Virus record (IMG/VR): IMGVR_UViG_3300037466_003065
Coordinates: 64,001-128,000 of that record
DNA length: 64,000 bases
Reading direction: 5' to 3' (one strand)
From: a virus
Each line of letters begins with the position of its first letter. Within the stretch, counting starts at the first letter, position 1. The translations under genes and the position numbers were made by a program. The notes beneath the pieces were generated by a model, which made no database searches, was not told where the DNA came from, and was given only the letters and a program-made list of their open reading frames with translations. Of this stretch, positions 26,689 to 36,608 are shown in pieces.

Positions 26689-29600
26689 ATGTCAACCCTG
26701 TATTCGGACAGCTTCTCGGGCAACCTGACGGCGTACGACCAGTGGGACGGCAACGTCGCGAACAGCGGCGGGCCGTACTACACGATCGCCTCCGGGGCGC
26801 TCCAAGTCGTCGCGAACGGGACGTCCGCGCCGCTGGTCTTGTCGGTCAAGACGAGCAGTCTCGCGGCGTTCGCCAACGGCCAGGTGACGGTCACGGTCAA
26901 GAACCCGAGTTCCACCTGGGACGGCGGGCCGGTCATCCGCATGGTGGACGGCCTCACCATGTACGCGCTGGACGTGTACAACTCCGGCGGGTGGCGGGCC
27001 GACCTCACCCTGTACAGCGGCAGCGGCGCCGGCACCGCCCTCGCGAGCAACACTACGATCGCCGCGCCGGTCGACGGCGACAAGCTGACGATCAAGGCCA
27101 ACGGGACGACGCTGACCGGGTACATCAACGGCGTCCAGGTCGTCACGGTCACGAACTCCACGATCGCGAACGGGCAGCCGGCGATTCACTGGTGGGGGTC
27201 GCCGCAGACGGTGGCGTTCGACGACTTCCTGGTCGAAGACCTGGCGTCGGCCACGGTCAACCAGGCGGACTTCCTGTTCCGCAATGACGACGGGAGCGAG
27301 TCGGCGGCGACCGCGGTCACCACGCAGAACACGAACGCGACGATCCCCGCCGGCACAGCATTTCGCCTCCGCACGGCAATCGTGGGGGTGGACGCCGCGT
27401 CCGTCGTGCCGCAAATCGAGTTCAAGAAGTCGACCGACTCGACCTTCACGGCGATCAAGGCGTCCGGCCTCGCCAGCAACATTGCCAGCGTCGGCACGCT
27501 CGGCACGGGCGTCAGCAGTACCAGTAGTACCACGCTCGCACTGACGACGACGACTAACGGCCTGGCGGTCGGCGACTACGCCATCGTTACGATCTCGGCC
27601 GCCAACACGAGCACGACGGACGGCGACAACGGCGAGGTGTCGTCAGTCACTGACAGCGTGGGCAATACGTGGACGAAGCTGGGCGAACAGACCAACAGTA
27701 ACGCCGCCGCCGCGGGGGGCGTTACGTGCTCGGTCTGGTACTCGCGCGTCACGGTCGCCGCCGCGGTCGGTACCGTGATCACCGCCAACTTCGGGACGGC
27801 ACGGGTCGACAAGTGCATCTCGGGGTGGAAGTTCACGTCCCCGAAGAAGCTGATCCTGTCGGCCACCGCCGTCGCGAACGTCACGGACGGCGGTTCCGGC
27901 TTCGGCTCCGTGTCGTTCTCCGGCCTCGCCTCGAAGCAGCGGGTCTACTTCCGTGCCCTCGCCAAGAAGGCCAACAGCACGACCGCCATCACGGCCTCCA
28001 CCAACTTCACGACGCAGGGCATCACGATCCGGTCGCGTAACAGTACGTCAGCGGTCATCCTCCGCGGCGAGTTCCGGGTCAACGCGAGCACGGGCGAGAC
28101 CAGCAACCCGACACTGGCCGTGACCGGTGACACGGCCGCCGTGTTCGTCGCCATGGAGGAGCAGGAGTACCCGATCACCCTGTCGATCTCGAGCAACATC
28201 TCGGCCGGCGGCACGCAGGCCACCGCCTACGGCCCGATGGCGGCACCCAGCGGATACACGTCCTCCAACTTTTCCGCCGGCAACATCAGCGACGACACCA
28301 ATCCGCTCGCCTCGAAAAGTTTGACGGCCGGTTCGTACACGGAGTACGAGTTTTCGCTGGTGCCCACCTCCGGCGTCGTGGTGAATGGCGACAGCTACCA
28401 GTTCAGGATTACGAACTCCGGCACGGCCCTAACTAACTACAGCACCACGCCGACCCTCACGATCGGCACGCCCGCGTCCGACGTCACGGCCAGTGCAACC
28501 CTCACGGGCACCGCGACGACGTCGATCGCGAAGCTCACCTTTGCACAGGGTGCGTCCACGCTGGCGGGTGCCGCCACCACCTCCTTCACTGGCCGCGCCT
28601 GCCTCATGGGTGCCGCCACGTTGACGGGGGTGGCCGCCACGTCGATCGTTGGGGGCATCTATGCTCGCGGGGCCGCCACGTTGACCGGCCTGGCGAGTAC
28701 GGCCTTCTCCAGCTCGAGCGCGTTCCTCGCCGGTGCCACGCTGACCGGAGTTGCGACCACCGCCATTGCCCGCACCGTGTTCGCCTCCGCGGCGTCCACC
28801 TTGGCGGGCCTGGCCTCGACCACCTTCTCGGGCGCGTCCTACCCGATGGCGGCCGCCACGCTCTCCGGGGCGGCCGCCACCAACTTCGCCAGTTCCGTCT
28901 CTGTGTCTGCGGCCGCGTCGCTCGCGGGCACGGCCGCCACTGCATTCTCGGGCTTTAGCCATGTGGGTGGGGCCGCCTCGTTGACCGGCTCGGCCAACAC
29001 GTCGCTCACGCCCGTCGTGGTGGTGGTGGCGTCGGCGACGCTGGTGGGGTCGGCCGACGACTCCTTCAACACGGGCGCGGAAACCACGGCGAGCATCGCC
29101 CTGACCGGCTCGGCCGAGACCTCCCTGATTCCCACGGTCTACCTGACCGCGTCGGTCTCGCTCATCGGCACCGCCGCCACCTCGATCGCCGCCCGGACGA
29201 ACGTCGCCGGCGCCGCGACACTGACCGGCACGGCCAGCTCCCTACTATCGCCCCGCGTATCCGTCCCCGCGGCGGCGACCCTGACCGGCGTGGCCGCCAC
29301 GTCCTTCGTGGGCAAGTCGTTCGTGCTCAGTGCCGCCACCCTGGTCGGCACCGCATCGCTTTCGTTTTCCCCCACCACTTCGCTGACGGGTGCGGCCTCG
29401 CTGCTGGGGCAGGCTGCGACCTCGCTCACGAAGACCATTGCGGTCGGGGCTTCCGCCTCCCTGTCGTCCACGGCCTCCACCCTGTTCCTGCAAACGGTCA
29501 GCGTGCCGGCCGCCGCGTCCGTGGGTGGCGCGGCCGACACCTCCCCTTTGATTTACCTGGTGTACGCCGGGGCGACCTCGACGCTTACGGGGTCGGCCTC

Positions 29601-29964
29601 CACCGTGGTGCAGCCGATCACCTTCCTGGCTGGCGCCGCCACCCTCACCGGGGCCACGGACACCTCACTGCACCGGAAAAGGTTCGACCTGGTCTTCGCC
29701 GACTACGAGGACGCCATCCTCGAACCCCTACTTCCGATCAGTGATGGGGTCTATGTCCTGAACATTGATGTCGCGGGAGCCGATCTAACTCAGGTACTGG
29801 TGTGTGATCCGGCGGCCGACGTTCCGAATCCTTCGGTCGTCGGGGCGGATGTGCACAACCAGAGTGTGACCCAGGCCGACGTGTCGGGGCAGATGACCGC
29901 CTCGCCGGCCGACATCCCCGTGCCCCTGACGATGGTCGAGTTCGATTTCCTGATCGACAAGTAG
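26689..29964 (+). CDS. large S/T/A-rich virion fibre/decoration protein with C-terminal 20-aa repeats
   Basis: 1091 aa; beta-sandwich-like N-terminal domains, then repeated A(A/S)TLTG.A.T units. Confidence 0.75.
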   Translation: MSTLYSDSFSGNLTAYDQWDGNVANSGGPYYTIASGALQVVANGTSAPLVLSVKTSSLAAFANGQVTVTVKNPSSTWDGGPVIRMVDGLTMYALDVYNSGGWRADLTLYSGSGAGTALASNTTIAAPVDGDKLTIKANGTTLTGYINGVQVVTVTNSTIANGQPAIHWWGSPQTVAFDDFLVEDLASATVNQADFLFRNDDGSESAATAVTTQNTNATIPAGTAFRLRTAIVGVDAASVVPQIEFKKSTDSTFTAIKASGLASNIASVGTLGTGVSSTSSTTLALTTTTNGLAVGDYAIVTISAANTSTTDGDNGEVSSVTDSVGNTWTKLGEQTNSNAAAAGGVTCSVWYSRVTVAAAVGTVITANFGTARVDKCISGWKFTSPKKLILSATAVANVTDGGSGFGSVSFSGLASKQRVYFRALAKKANSTTAITASTNFTTQGITIRSRNSTSAVILRGEFRVNASTGETSNPTLAVTGDTAAVFVAMEEQEYPITLSISSNISAGGTQATAYGPMAAPSGYTSSNFSAGNISDDTNPLASKSLTAGSYTEYEFSLVPTSGVVVNGDSYQFRITNSGTALTNYSTTPTLTIGTPASDVTASATLTGTATTSIAKLTFAQGASTLAGAATTSFTGRACLMGAATLTGVAATSIVGGIYARGAATLTGLASTAFSSSSAFLAGATLTGVATTAIARTVFASAASTLAGLASTTFSGASYPMAAATLSGAAATNFASSVSVSAAASLAGTAATAFSGFSHVGGAASLTGSANTSLTPVVVVVASATLVGSADDSFNTGAETTASIALTGSAETSLIPTVYLTASVSLIGTAATSIAARTNVAGAATLTGTASSLLSPRVSVPAAATLTGVAATSFVGKSFVLSAATLVGTASLSFSPTTSLTGAASLLGQAATSLTKTIAVGASASLSSTASTLFLQTVSVPAAASVGGAADTSPLIYLVYAGATSTLTGSASTVVQPITFLAGAATLTGATDTSLHRKRFDLVFADYEDAILEPLLPISDGVYVLNIDVAGADLTQVLVCDPAADVPNPSVVGADVHNQSVTQADVSGQMTASPADIPVPLTMVEFDFLIDK
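28490..29670 (+). repeat. about 20 degenerate tandem 60-nt (20-aa) coding repeats
   Basis: e.g. AATLTGVAATSIVGGIYARG / AATLTGLASTAFSSSSAFLA / AATLTGVAATSFVGKSFVLS. Confidence 0.85.
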
Positions 29965-29974
29965 GGAGAATCCC

Positions 29975-30286
29975 ATGGCTGCCGGAAACTGGCTGGTTGA
30001 AACCGATACGAAAGTCACGCTGCGCGGCCTGAAGGACGAGCTGGGGGCGTTCGTCAACGACGCGACGGTCACCGGTGACTTGTACGACAAGACCGTGGTC
30101 GTCGACAACGGGTCGAACATCCCCTTCACCTACGTCGACGGGTCGGACGGCGACTACGAAGGCGTGATCCCCGCAAACGTGCCCATCAAGGAGGGGTCGT
30201 CCTACGACCTGTTCCTGACGGCCGTCCGTAGCGGCAAGATGATGGTCGTCCGCGTGCGTCGCACCGCGAAGTACCTGGACGTGTAA
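29975..30286 (+). CDS. hypothetical protein (possible baseplate/tail accessory)
   Basis: GGGAG RBS; beta-rich 103 aa. Confidence 0.6.
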   Translation: MAAGNWLVETDTKVTLRGLKDELGAFVNDATVTGDLYDKTVVVDNGSNIPFTYVDGSDGDYEGVIPANVPIKEGSSYDLFLTAVRSGKMMVVRVRRTAKYLDV

Positions 30287-30299
30287 TTAGGAGGAACCC

Positions 30300-30800
30300 A
30301 TGGGGCCAATGATGTATCTGGCGTTCTGGAAGGGCGAGGGTTGGTTCGGCGGGAGCCTGACCGACGCGGCGATCCGCCTGTTCTCCCTGAGCAACGTCTC
30401 GCACGTCGAGATGGTGTTCCCCGAGGAGGACGCGGAGGGCCGCAACCTGTGCTTCAGCAGCTCCCCGCGGGACGGGGCGCCGGGCATGACGAACGGCACG
30501 CGGTTCAAGTACATCGGGGTCATGAACGACCCGAAGTGGATCGTGGTGCGGGTGCCCTGGCACCCCGGGATCGTGAAGGCGTTCTGCAAGCGGATCGAGG
30601 GCCTGCCCTACGATTGGGCCGGCGTCCTCCGCTTTGCCTTTCCGTTTCTGCAGGAGTCAGCCGATAAGTATTTCTGCAGCGAGGTCTGCACGGACGGCGG
30701 GCAGGAAGTCCTCCAGCTCGAGGATCTCATTTCTTGGCGGACTCGCCCCGGCGACCTGCTCAAGGCTGTCCGCGAACGGTACGCGTCTTTTAACCAGTAG
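30300..30800 (+). CDS. permuted papain-like amidase (YiiX/YaeF, NlpC/P60-related)
   Basis: SHVEMV (His) precedes LPYDW...KYFCSEV (Cys), i.e. permuted catalytic order. Confidence 0.8.
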   Translation: MGPMMYLAFWKGEGWFGGSLTDAAIRLFSLSNVSHVEMVFPEEDAEGRNLCFSSSPRDGAPGMTNGTRFKYIGVMNDPKWIVVRVPWHPGIVKAFCKRIEGLPYDWAGVLRFAFPFLQESADKYFCSEVCTDGGQEVLQLEDLISWRTRPGDLLKAVRERYASFNQ

Positions 30801-30808
30801 GAAGATCT

Positions 30809-31069
30809 ATGCATTATCGGAACGGCCGCGAGGCCAAGAACGGGGACAAGATCGTCATGCTCGGCGGGTACGGCAGCGGCCCCGTCAAGATCGTCGCCGT
30901 TGGCGTCCTGTACGACGCCACGCCGGGCAACGACCACTGCAACGGGTACATCGCCCCCACCATCGGTGGGCCGGTTCATGCCGCCTGCCTTTGCGACTGC
31001 CTGCACCAGGACGACCTGGGCGACCTCATTGCGAAGGAAGGTCTCGATAAGCGGCCGCCGGGCAAGTAG
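30809..31069 (+). CDS. hypothetical protein
   Basis: 86 aa, AGGAAG RBS, last plus-strand gene. Confidence 0.65.
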   Translation: MHYRNGREAKNGDKIVMLGGYGSGPVKIVAVGVLYDATPGNDHCNGYIAPTIGGPVHAACLCDCLHQDDLGDLIAKEGLDKRPPGK

Positions 31070-31094
31070 GCCGACACGATTCCCGCTGACGCAA

Positions 31095-31126
31095 AGAGGG
31101 CTCCCGAGTTCGCTCGGGAGCCCTCT
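31095..31126. terminator. bidirectional terminator at the convergence of the two arms
   Basis: Perfect 14-bp stem AGAGGGCTCCCGAG-TTCG-CTCGGGAGCCCTCT. Confidence 0.85.
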
Positions 31127-31166
31127 CTGTTTGGAGACCTTACCGGGGCCGGCAGGAGGAAGGATC

Positions 31167-31463
31167 TTAGTCGAGATCCTCCCGGACGAACAGGTCGTAG
31201 TAGCCGGGGTCTTCGTTGAACGACCCGCACTTCTGGCTGGCGGCAGCCTCGCTGGTGAACAGGAGTCGCTTGGACACGAAAACTATCTTGTCCAAGGGGA
31301 CGCTGTAGCCGACGCCGGGTATGTAGAAGTTGGCCGGGAACGTTACGCAGGCGAGCGGGTCGTCCGAGATCGCGATCAGCCTCGCCTCCTTCGTTTCGAA
31401 CCGCGGGCCGGGGTAGCTGTGCTTCCCGTGGTCGATGATGGCCCAGATCTGGTCGCCGATCAT
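31167..31463 (-). CDS. hypothetical protein
   Basis: 98 aa, coupled to upstream gene. Confidence 0.6.
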   Translation of the reverse strand: MIGDQIWAIIDHGKHSYPGPRFETKEARLIAISDDPLACVTFPANFYIPGVGYSVPLDKIVFVSKRLLFTSEAAASQKCGSFNEDPGYYDLFVREDLD

Positions 31464-31717
31464 TTATCACCGTCCTTCACCAGCTTGCGGTACTCGGGGG
31501 TCAAGAACCGGTCGGCCAGCGTAGCTACGCCGTCGAGGACAGCCTTGACGTCTCGCTGGCACACGCGGGTCTTGTGGTGGATCAGGATCACGAGGGCCTC
31601 CTGAGTTAGCCCGGACGTCTTCATGGCCATCGCGGCCGCATGGATCTTATTCAGCGACGCCGCCATCGCCCTGAACTCGTCGGGCGAAATCGGCGCGGGC
31701 TCGTTCTTGTTGGGCAT
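31460..31717 (-). CDS. hypothetical protein
   Basis: 85 aa, GAGG RBS. Confidence 0.65.
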   Translation of the reverse strand: MPNKNEPAPISPDEFRAMAASLNKIHAAAMAMKTSGLTQEALVILIHHKTRVCQRDVKAVLDGVATLADRFLTPEYRKLVKDGDK

Positions 31718-31967
31718 TGATTTCCTCGGGGGTATGAAGCATCAGGACGCGGGCGAACACCAGCACGTTGGCGAGCGGGCAGTCGCCCTTGACGACCCAC
31801 TTCAGCATGGACTTCGGGACGTCGGGGTACAACGCGACGAGGGGCTTGACGGCCTCCTCGGCCGCGTCCTCGGCGAGTAACACGCCGGCGAAGAACGAGA
31901 CCCGCGCAGCGGCAAACGCCGCGCGGGCCTCTGGGTCGTTCACGATCTCTTTGAACACGTCGGTCAC
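31647..31967 (-). CDS. hypothetical protein
   Basis: GTGA-coupled to the ligase stop. Confidence 0.55.
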   Translation of the reverse strand: MTDVFKEIVNDPEARAAFAAARVSFFAGVLLAEDAAEEAVKPLVALYPDVPKSMLKWVVKGDCPLANVLVFARVLMLHTPEEINAQQERARADFARRVQGDGGVAE

Positions 31968-34051
31968 TTGATCATCTCCAAGAACTGGTCGAAGCTGATC
32001 ACGGGCGTGCCGACCTCGGCCGCCTTCGCGCTCTTCGACGTGGCCTTCGTGGCGTCCTTCTGGACGAGGTACGACAGCCCATTCGACACGCCGCTCTTCT
32101 CCTCGCCGCCGAGCTGGGCGAGCCGCTTCGCCTGGTCGGGGTTCATCCGGCAGGTCGTGAAGCAGAACGTCTGGCCCTTCAGCTTGTCGCTGACGACCTC
32201 GACGGCCTCCTCCGGCTTGATCTTGACGTAATCCAGCAGCTCCTCGATCAGCGGCCGGCGGGCGTCGATCGCCTTCTGGAACTTTTCGGCCGTGTTGGGG
32301 ATGCTCAGCTCGTCGGCGTAGGCCATCAGGCTCGAGTAGCCCGCGTCATTGGTGAACCAGTTGGTCACGACGTTCAGCTCACCGGGCGTCGGCCCGCCCC
32401 CGGGGAGGCCGTCATAGTCCTTGCCGGCATGAGTCGAGTCCCACGCCTGCCGGATCAGCTTCACGCGATCCTTGCCCAGACCGTGGATCGAGAGCGACCC
32501 GAGGAACTGGTCGATAGTCAGCTCGCGGGTCTTATTGATCTCCGCAATGACCCTGGACGCGGTCGACTCGCCCAGCCGCTTCCCGCCCACCAGCATGCGG
32601 CCGAGCGTGGTCGCGTTCGGGAGCGTGTAGAGGTCAGGGATCGTCTCGACCACCTTGCCGAGCTTCTTGTCCGGCTTGCCGGGGAGGTCGAACAGCGAAT
32701 CGCAGTCGGTCTCCATCATGGCTTGGATGATCTCGTCGCCGAGCCACTTGATCTCCAGCGACTTCACCCACCGCATCACCATGCCCTTCTGCAGGCCGGC
32801 ACAGTTGACGTTCTCGCAGGCGATGATGATGCCGGGCGTTCCGTCCGCGTTCTTCCGGTTGTCGACCGGCTGGAGGCAGGCCGGGCAACGCTCCGGCTTC
32901 TCGATCACCTTCCGGAGGGCGGGCCGCGACTCGACCCGGTCAATGAACGGGATCACATCGCCCGAGCGGACGACGACGATCGTGTCACCGATCGCGATGT
33001 CTTTGTCCCGGATGTTCTGGAGGTTGTGCAGAGTCGGACTGGTCACCTCGGCGCCGCCCAGGATCACGGGGTCGATCTTGGCCACCGGCGTCAGGTTGCC
33101 GCCGTCGCCGAGCTGCCAGACGCACGCCCGCAGAACCGTCCGGGCCTCGGTCGAGGGGAACTTGAACGCCGTCGCGAACTTCGGCCGCTTACCCGACCAG
33201 CCCATCTTCTTCTGCTGGTCGAGGTCGTTCACGGTGAACACGATCCCGTCCAGCTCGACCGGGAACTCGGCGCGTCCCTTCTCGGTCATGCGGGCGTGGT
33301 ACCGCATCGCCTCACCCAGTGAGACGAAGAGGGTGGAGGGAACGACGGTCAGCCCAAGCCGCTCCATCTTGCGGAACTTGTCGGCCTCGTCCTTGATCGA
33401 GAGTTGGCCGCTCGCGTCGACGATCCCGTGGGCCAGGAACTCCAGCCGGTCGCAGAACTGGCCGTCCTTGCTGCCTAGGATCCCGGAGGCGGCGTTGCGG
33501 CTGGTCTTGTACCTCTCCTCCTCGGGGAGGCTCGCGTTGATCTGGTCGAACTCGTACTTCGACAGGTAGACCTCGCCCCGGATCTCTCCCCAGAAGGGCA
33601 GCTTCAGGAGCGTCGGGATGCCGCGCACCATGAAGGCGTTGGCCGTCACGTCGTCGCCGAACGTGCCGTTGCCGCGGGTCACACAGCGGACGACCTTACC
33701 CTCCTCGCAGGTGAGGACGAGGGTAAGGCCGTCGATCTTGGGGGAGCCGACCGAGGGGCCGGGCCACCACGAGGTGAACTCTTTGTCGTTCAAGCTGTTC
33801 GCGAGGGAGCCGATCAGGTTGGCGTGCTTGGTCTTCTTGCGGAAGCCCTCCTTGCCCTTGGGTGGGCCGACGCGGTCGAGCCGCACGCGGTCATCGGGCC
33901 GGAGCTGGGCGTACTCCCGCTTCATGGAATCGTACTCGGCGTCGGTGATGCCGGGGCACTTGCCGCCGAGGTTGTAGTAGACCTGGTCGGCACGGTCGAT
34001 CTGGGCCGCAAGGTAGTAGGCCCGATCGGTTTGTTCGCTCGTCAAAGCCAT
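31964..34051 (-). CDS. ligA: NAD-dependent DNA ligase (may start at 34264 with a Cys-rich extension)
   Basis: SPKIDG (KxDG), VTRGNG.FGDDVT, ELDGIV, AFKF, TLHN, RSGDVIP, C4 zinc finger, HhH, BRCT; own AGGAG RBS before ATG 34051. Confidence 0.95.
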   Translation of the reverse strand: MALTSEQTDRAYYLAAQIDRADQVYYNLGGKCPGITDAEYDSMKREYAQLRPDDRVRLDRVGPPKGKEGFRKKTKHANLIGSLANSLNDKEFTSWWPGPSVGSPKIDGLTLVLTCEEGKVVRCVTRGNGTFGDDVTANAFMVRGIPTLLKLPFWGEIRGEVYLSKYEFDQINASLPEEERYKTSRNAASGILGSKDGQFCDRLEFLAHGIVDASGQLSIKDEADKFRKMERLGLTVVPSTLFVSLGEAMRYHARMTEKGRAEFPVELDGIVFTVNDLDQQKKMGWSGKRPKFATAFKFPSTEARTVLRACVWQLGDGGNLTPVAKIDPVILGGAEVTSPTLHNLQNIRDKDIAIGDTIVVVRSGDVIPFIDRVESRPALRKVIEKPERCPACLQPVDNRKNADGTPGIIIACENVNCAGLQKGMVMRWVKSLEIKWLGDEIIQAMMETDCDSLFDLPGKPDKKLGKVVETIPDLYTLPNATTLGRMLVGGKRLGESTASRVIAEINKTRELTIDQFLGSLSIHGLGKDRVKLIRQAWDSTHAGKDYDGLPGGGPTPGELNVVTNWFTNDAGYSSLMAYADELSIPNTAEKFQKAIDARRPLIEELLDYVKIKPEEAVEVVSDKLKGQTFCFTTCRMNPDQAKRLAQLGGEEKSGVSNGLSYLVQKDATKATSKSAKAAEVGTPVISFDQFLEMIK

Positions 34052-34260
34052 GGATGTCTCCTGTACTTGAAGGTGGGGATTTTCTTTCAGGCAACGGAAG
34101 CAGATCGGACAGTCCTCGTTGCTGAGCGTTCGACACGCGACACAGTAGGGCTTGGCGCAGATGCAGCACGGTTCGAGGTCGAGCTCGTCGATATTGCTGT
34201 GCTCCTCGTGGTCGTCCTCGACCTCGCCGCAGCCGTCGCACGCTTGATTGTATCGCATGG

Positions 34261-34785
34261 TCATTGCCTCGAACGAAAGGTCTCCTCGTCCGCGTTGAGC
34301 CGGTCGTTGAGCTGGGCCTCGGTCTCCGGGTTCATGTGGAACTTGTCGCACATGCGGTTGTAGAAGCCGAGCCAGACGTCTCGCACGAACGGGTCGGGGT
34401 GCTTGTACCCGACGATCTCGGCGGCATGGACGAAGTGGAGGATGTAGTGGTGGGGGAGGTGGTCGTGGTTCTTCGCGAACGCCTTCATGTGCTCGCGCAA
34501 CGACTCCAGCGTGTGGTGATCCATCGCACTGAACCGGCCGGTCGGGTCGGCGGGGCCGTAGGTGACCGGCATCATGAACGAACTGGGGTTCTCGTCGTGC
34601 GTGTAGAGGATCAGCGGCCGGTACATCCGGGCGAGGATCTTGGACGTCTCGTCCCGGTCGATGCCGTCGGCGCCGCGGACGGCCGCGAGCAGCACGCCCT
34701 GCATGCGGGCGCCGAGCGCGCAGACCCATTCTTTGACGATGCCCTTGCCGGGCGTTCCTTTGACCTGATGCGGATCGGGCTTCAT
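34261..34785 (-). CDS. hypothetical protein
   Basis: AGGAGACATC RBS; His-rich HHYILHFVHAAE segment. Confidence 0.75.
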   Translation of the reverse strand: MKPDPHQVKGTPGKGIVKEWVCALGARMQGVLLAAVRGADGIDRDETSKILARMYRPLILYTHDENPSSFMMPVTYGPADPTGRFSAMDHHTLESLREHMKAFAKNHDHLPHHYILHFVHAAEIVGYKHPDPFVRDVWLGFYNRMCDKFHMNPETEAQLNDRLNADEETFRSRQ

Positions 34786-34807
34786 GTGATGTCTCCTGTG
34801 TGAAGGG

Positions 34808-35518
34808 TTACTTGCTTGTGAGGGCAGCGGCGATGCTTGCACGGATCTTCTCGTCGACCTCCGGATTGTCGAGAACGCCTGTGTACGAATACTCCGTCGA
34901 GTCGTCGACCCAGCGGCGACGTGCGGTGAGGTTCCAGTGTTCGCCATTGCTCGCACTTAGGATCCTCGACTCCTGGTCGAAGATGTTGTAGCCGTTCATG
35001 CCCTCCGGCCGCTCGCGGCGGATGCCGAGCTTCGCCAGCTCCTCCCACGTCGGCGCGGGCGGGATGAACCGCTCGAACATGACGTCGCACCAGTGGCCCT
35101 TGACCCCGCCGACAATGTCGGCCTTGCGGTAGCTGTGGTGGTGCCACGCGTCGAGCGGATCGATCGGGTACCAGCCGTCCGCAGCGGCCTTGGCGCTCAG
35201 CTCGGCCCCTAAGACTGCGGCGATCTTGGCGTTCTTGTACTCCTCCTGGGTCAGGCTGTTGGTGTCGGTGGGGACGGTCACCTCGGGTACGAAGATACGG
35301 AACTCCTTGGTCTGCCGCAGGTGTCCGATCCGGGTGTCCTGTGTGAGCTCCACGTCCGCCTCTTTGCCGCCCTGGTGGCCACCCGCGAAGGCGTCCGCGA
35401 TCGCGTCGCTGGGGATGTCGACCGTGCCGACGCGCCGGCCGCTCGCCTTGTCGTCGAGCAGTACGGTGACTCCCTTCACGCTTCGGATCAACTTAATTGA
35501 GCACTTCAAGTTCAACAC
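34808..35518 (-). CDS. hypothetical protein
   Basis: 236-aa ORF; start uncertain. Confidence 0.65.
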   Translation of the reverse strand: MLNLKCSIKLIRSVKGVTVLLDDKASGRRVGTVDIPSDAIADAFAGGHQGGKEADVELTQDTRIGHLRQTKEFRIFVPEVTVPTDTNSLTQEEYKNAKIAAVLGAELSAKAAADGWYPIDPLDAWHHHSYRKADIVGGVKGHWCDVMFERFIPPAPTWEELAKLGIRRERPEGMNGYNIFDQESRILSASNGEHWNLTARRRWVDDSTEYSYTGVLDNPEVDEKIRASIAAALTSK

Positions 35519-36608
35519 GCTTGCTCCTGTACTTGTTCTGGGCCTTCTTCGTAGCCATCAACTCTTCGTACCGCTCGACGATCGAGCGGGCCGTAGTGTA
35601 CTTGATCTGTAATCCAATGCCATCGGCGACCTGTTTCCGCACGGTGGCCAGCAGATCGGCGTCTTCCAGCGAGGGGACGGCCGTTGGCCAGCCCTTTTGG
35701 TAGAGCATGGACTTCGGCAGCCTGTCCTCCAACACCGCCCTGATCCGGGCTGTCTCTTTGGCCGGCCCGACCCGCCGCCGCTGCTCGACGGTCAGGTCAC
35801 TGGGTGACACGTCGCACAGCCACTTGCCGCTCTGGAACGCGAACGTCGACCGCAGCTCGAGGTCACACATCTCCCGGTAGAGGTCGAGGTTGTCTGGGCA
35901 AGACACGGCCGCCCGGAGGTCGGCGGCGGCCGACATGATGCAGAACGCACAGCTCACCCGAGACGCGCCGTACTTGGTGTACGCCTCGTGCTGGGCGAAG
36001 TGGTTCTCCTTGGCGATCACTAGGACGTCCTCCAGCTTCCAGTCGATGATGGGGTGCCAGTCGAAGCCGTAGGTCTTGTGCGTGACGCTGGACAGCTTCG
36101 GCTGCTGCTTGACCACCGGGGCCTTCGCGCGGTTGGCCGACTCTTCCCTGCGGATGCCGCTGACGCTGAGGATCTGCTGGCCGGGGAACCGCCGGATCAG
36201 CTCACGGCAGATCACGGCCGTCTTTAGCTCCGACGTGCAGAACCGCATCGACGGCGTCGACCAGGGTAGGATGAGTTGGACGCATTCGAGGTTGGCGTAC
36301 CGCTCGCAGTTGTTCGACCACCGGGTCAGCCAACGATCCATCATGTCGCCGGCCGTGCGACGCACCGTCACCAGCTCCAGACCGAGCCGCTGAGACAGCC
36401 GCTCGCAGGTGGGTGCGGAATCTTGCCATTCCACTCTGCCTAAGTCTGCGTGCACTAAGATCCTGGGGCCGCTGTGACCGATTCGCCGCAGGTACTGGAC
36501 GGTGGCCCACGCGGCGGCGACCGAGTCCTTGCCGCCGGACACACCAATGGCGACCGGGGAGCCCGCGGCCAGAGCACGATCGACGACGGGGTCAGTTGCG
36601 ATGTTCAT
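35493..36608 (-). CDS. PAPS-reductase-family (PP-loop) protein
   Basis: VSGGKDS PP-loop, HADLG, RFCTSELK, GIRREES..RA, RVSCAFC. Confidence 0.88.
   Translation of the reverse strand: MNIATDPVVDRALAAGSPVAIGVSGGKDSVAAAWATVQYLRRIGHSGPRILVHADLGRVEWQDSAPTCERLSQRLGLELVTVRRTAGDMMDRWLTRWSNNCERYANLECVQLILPWSTPSMRFCTSELKTAVICRELIRRFPGQQILSVSGIRREESANRAKAPVVKQQPKLSSVTHKTYGFDWHPIIDWKLEDVLVIAKENHFAQHEAYTKYGASRVSCAFCIMSAAADLRAAVSCPDNLDLYREMCDLELRSTFAFQSGKWLCDVSPSDLTVEQRRRVGPAKETARIRAVLEDRLPKSMLYQKGWPTAVPSLEDADLLATVRKQVADGIGLQIKYTTARSIVERYEELMATKKAQNKYRSKRVELEVLN

Noticed and set aside
28490-29670. CRISPR-like array
   Set aside because: The repeats are degenerate at the DNA level, in frame and protein-coding. 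The Cas4-like gene at 4741 is a typical stand-alone phage nuclease.
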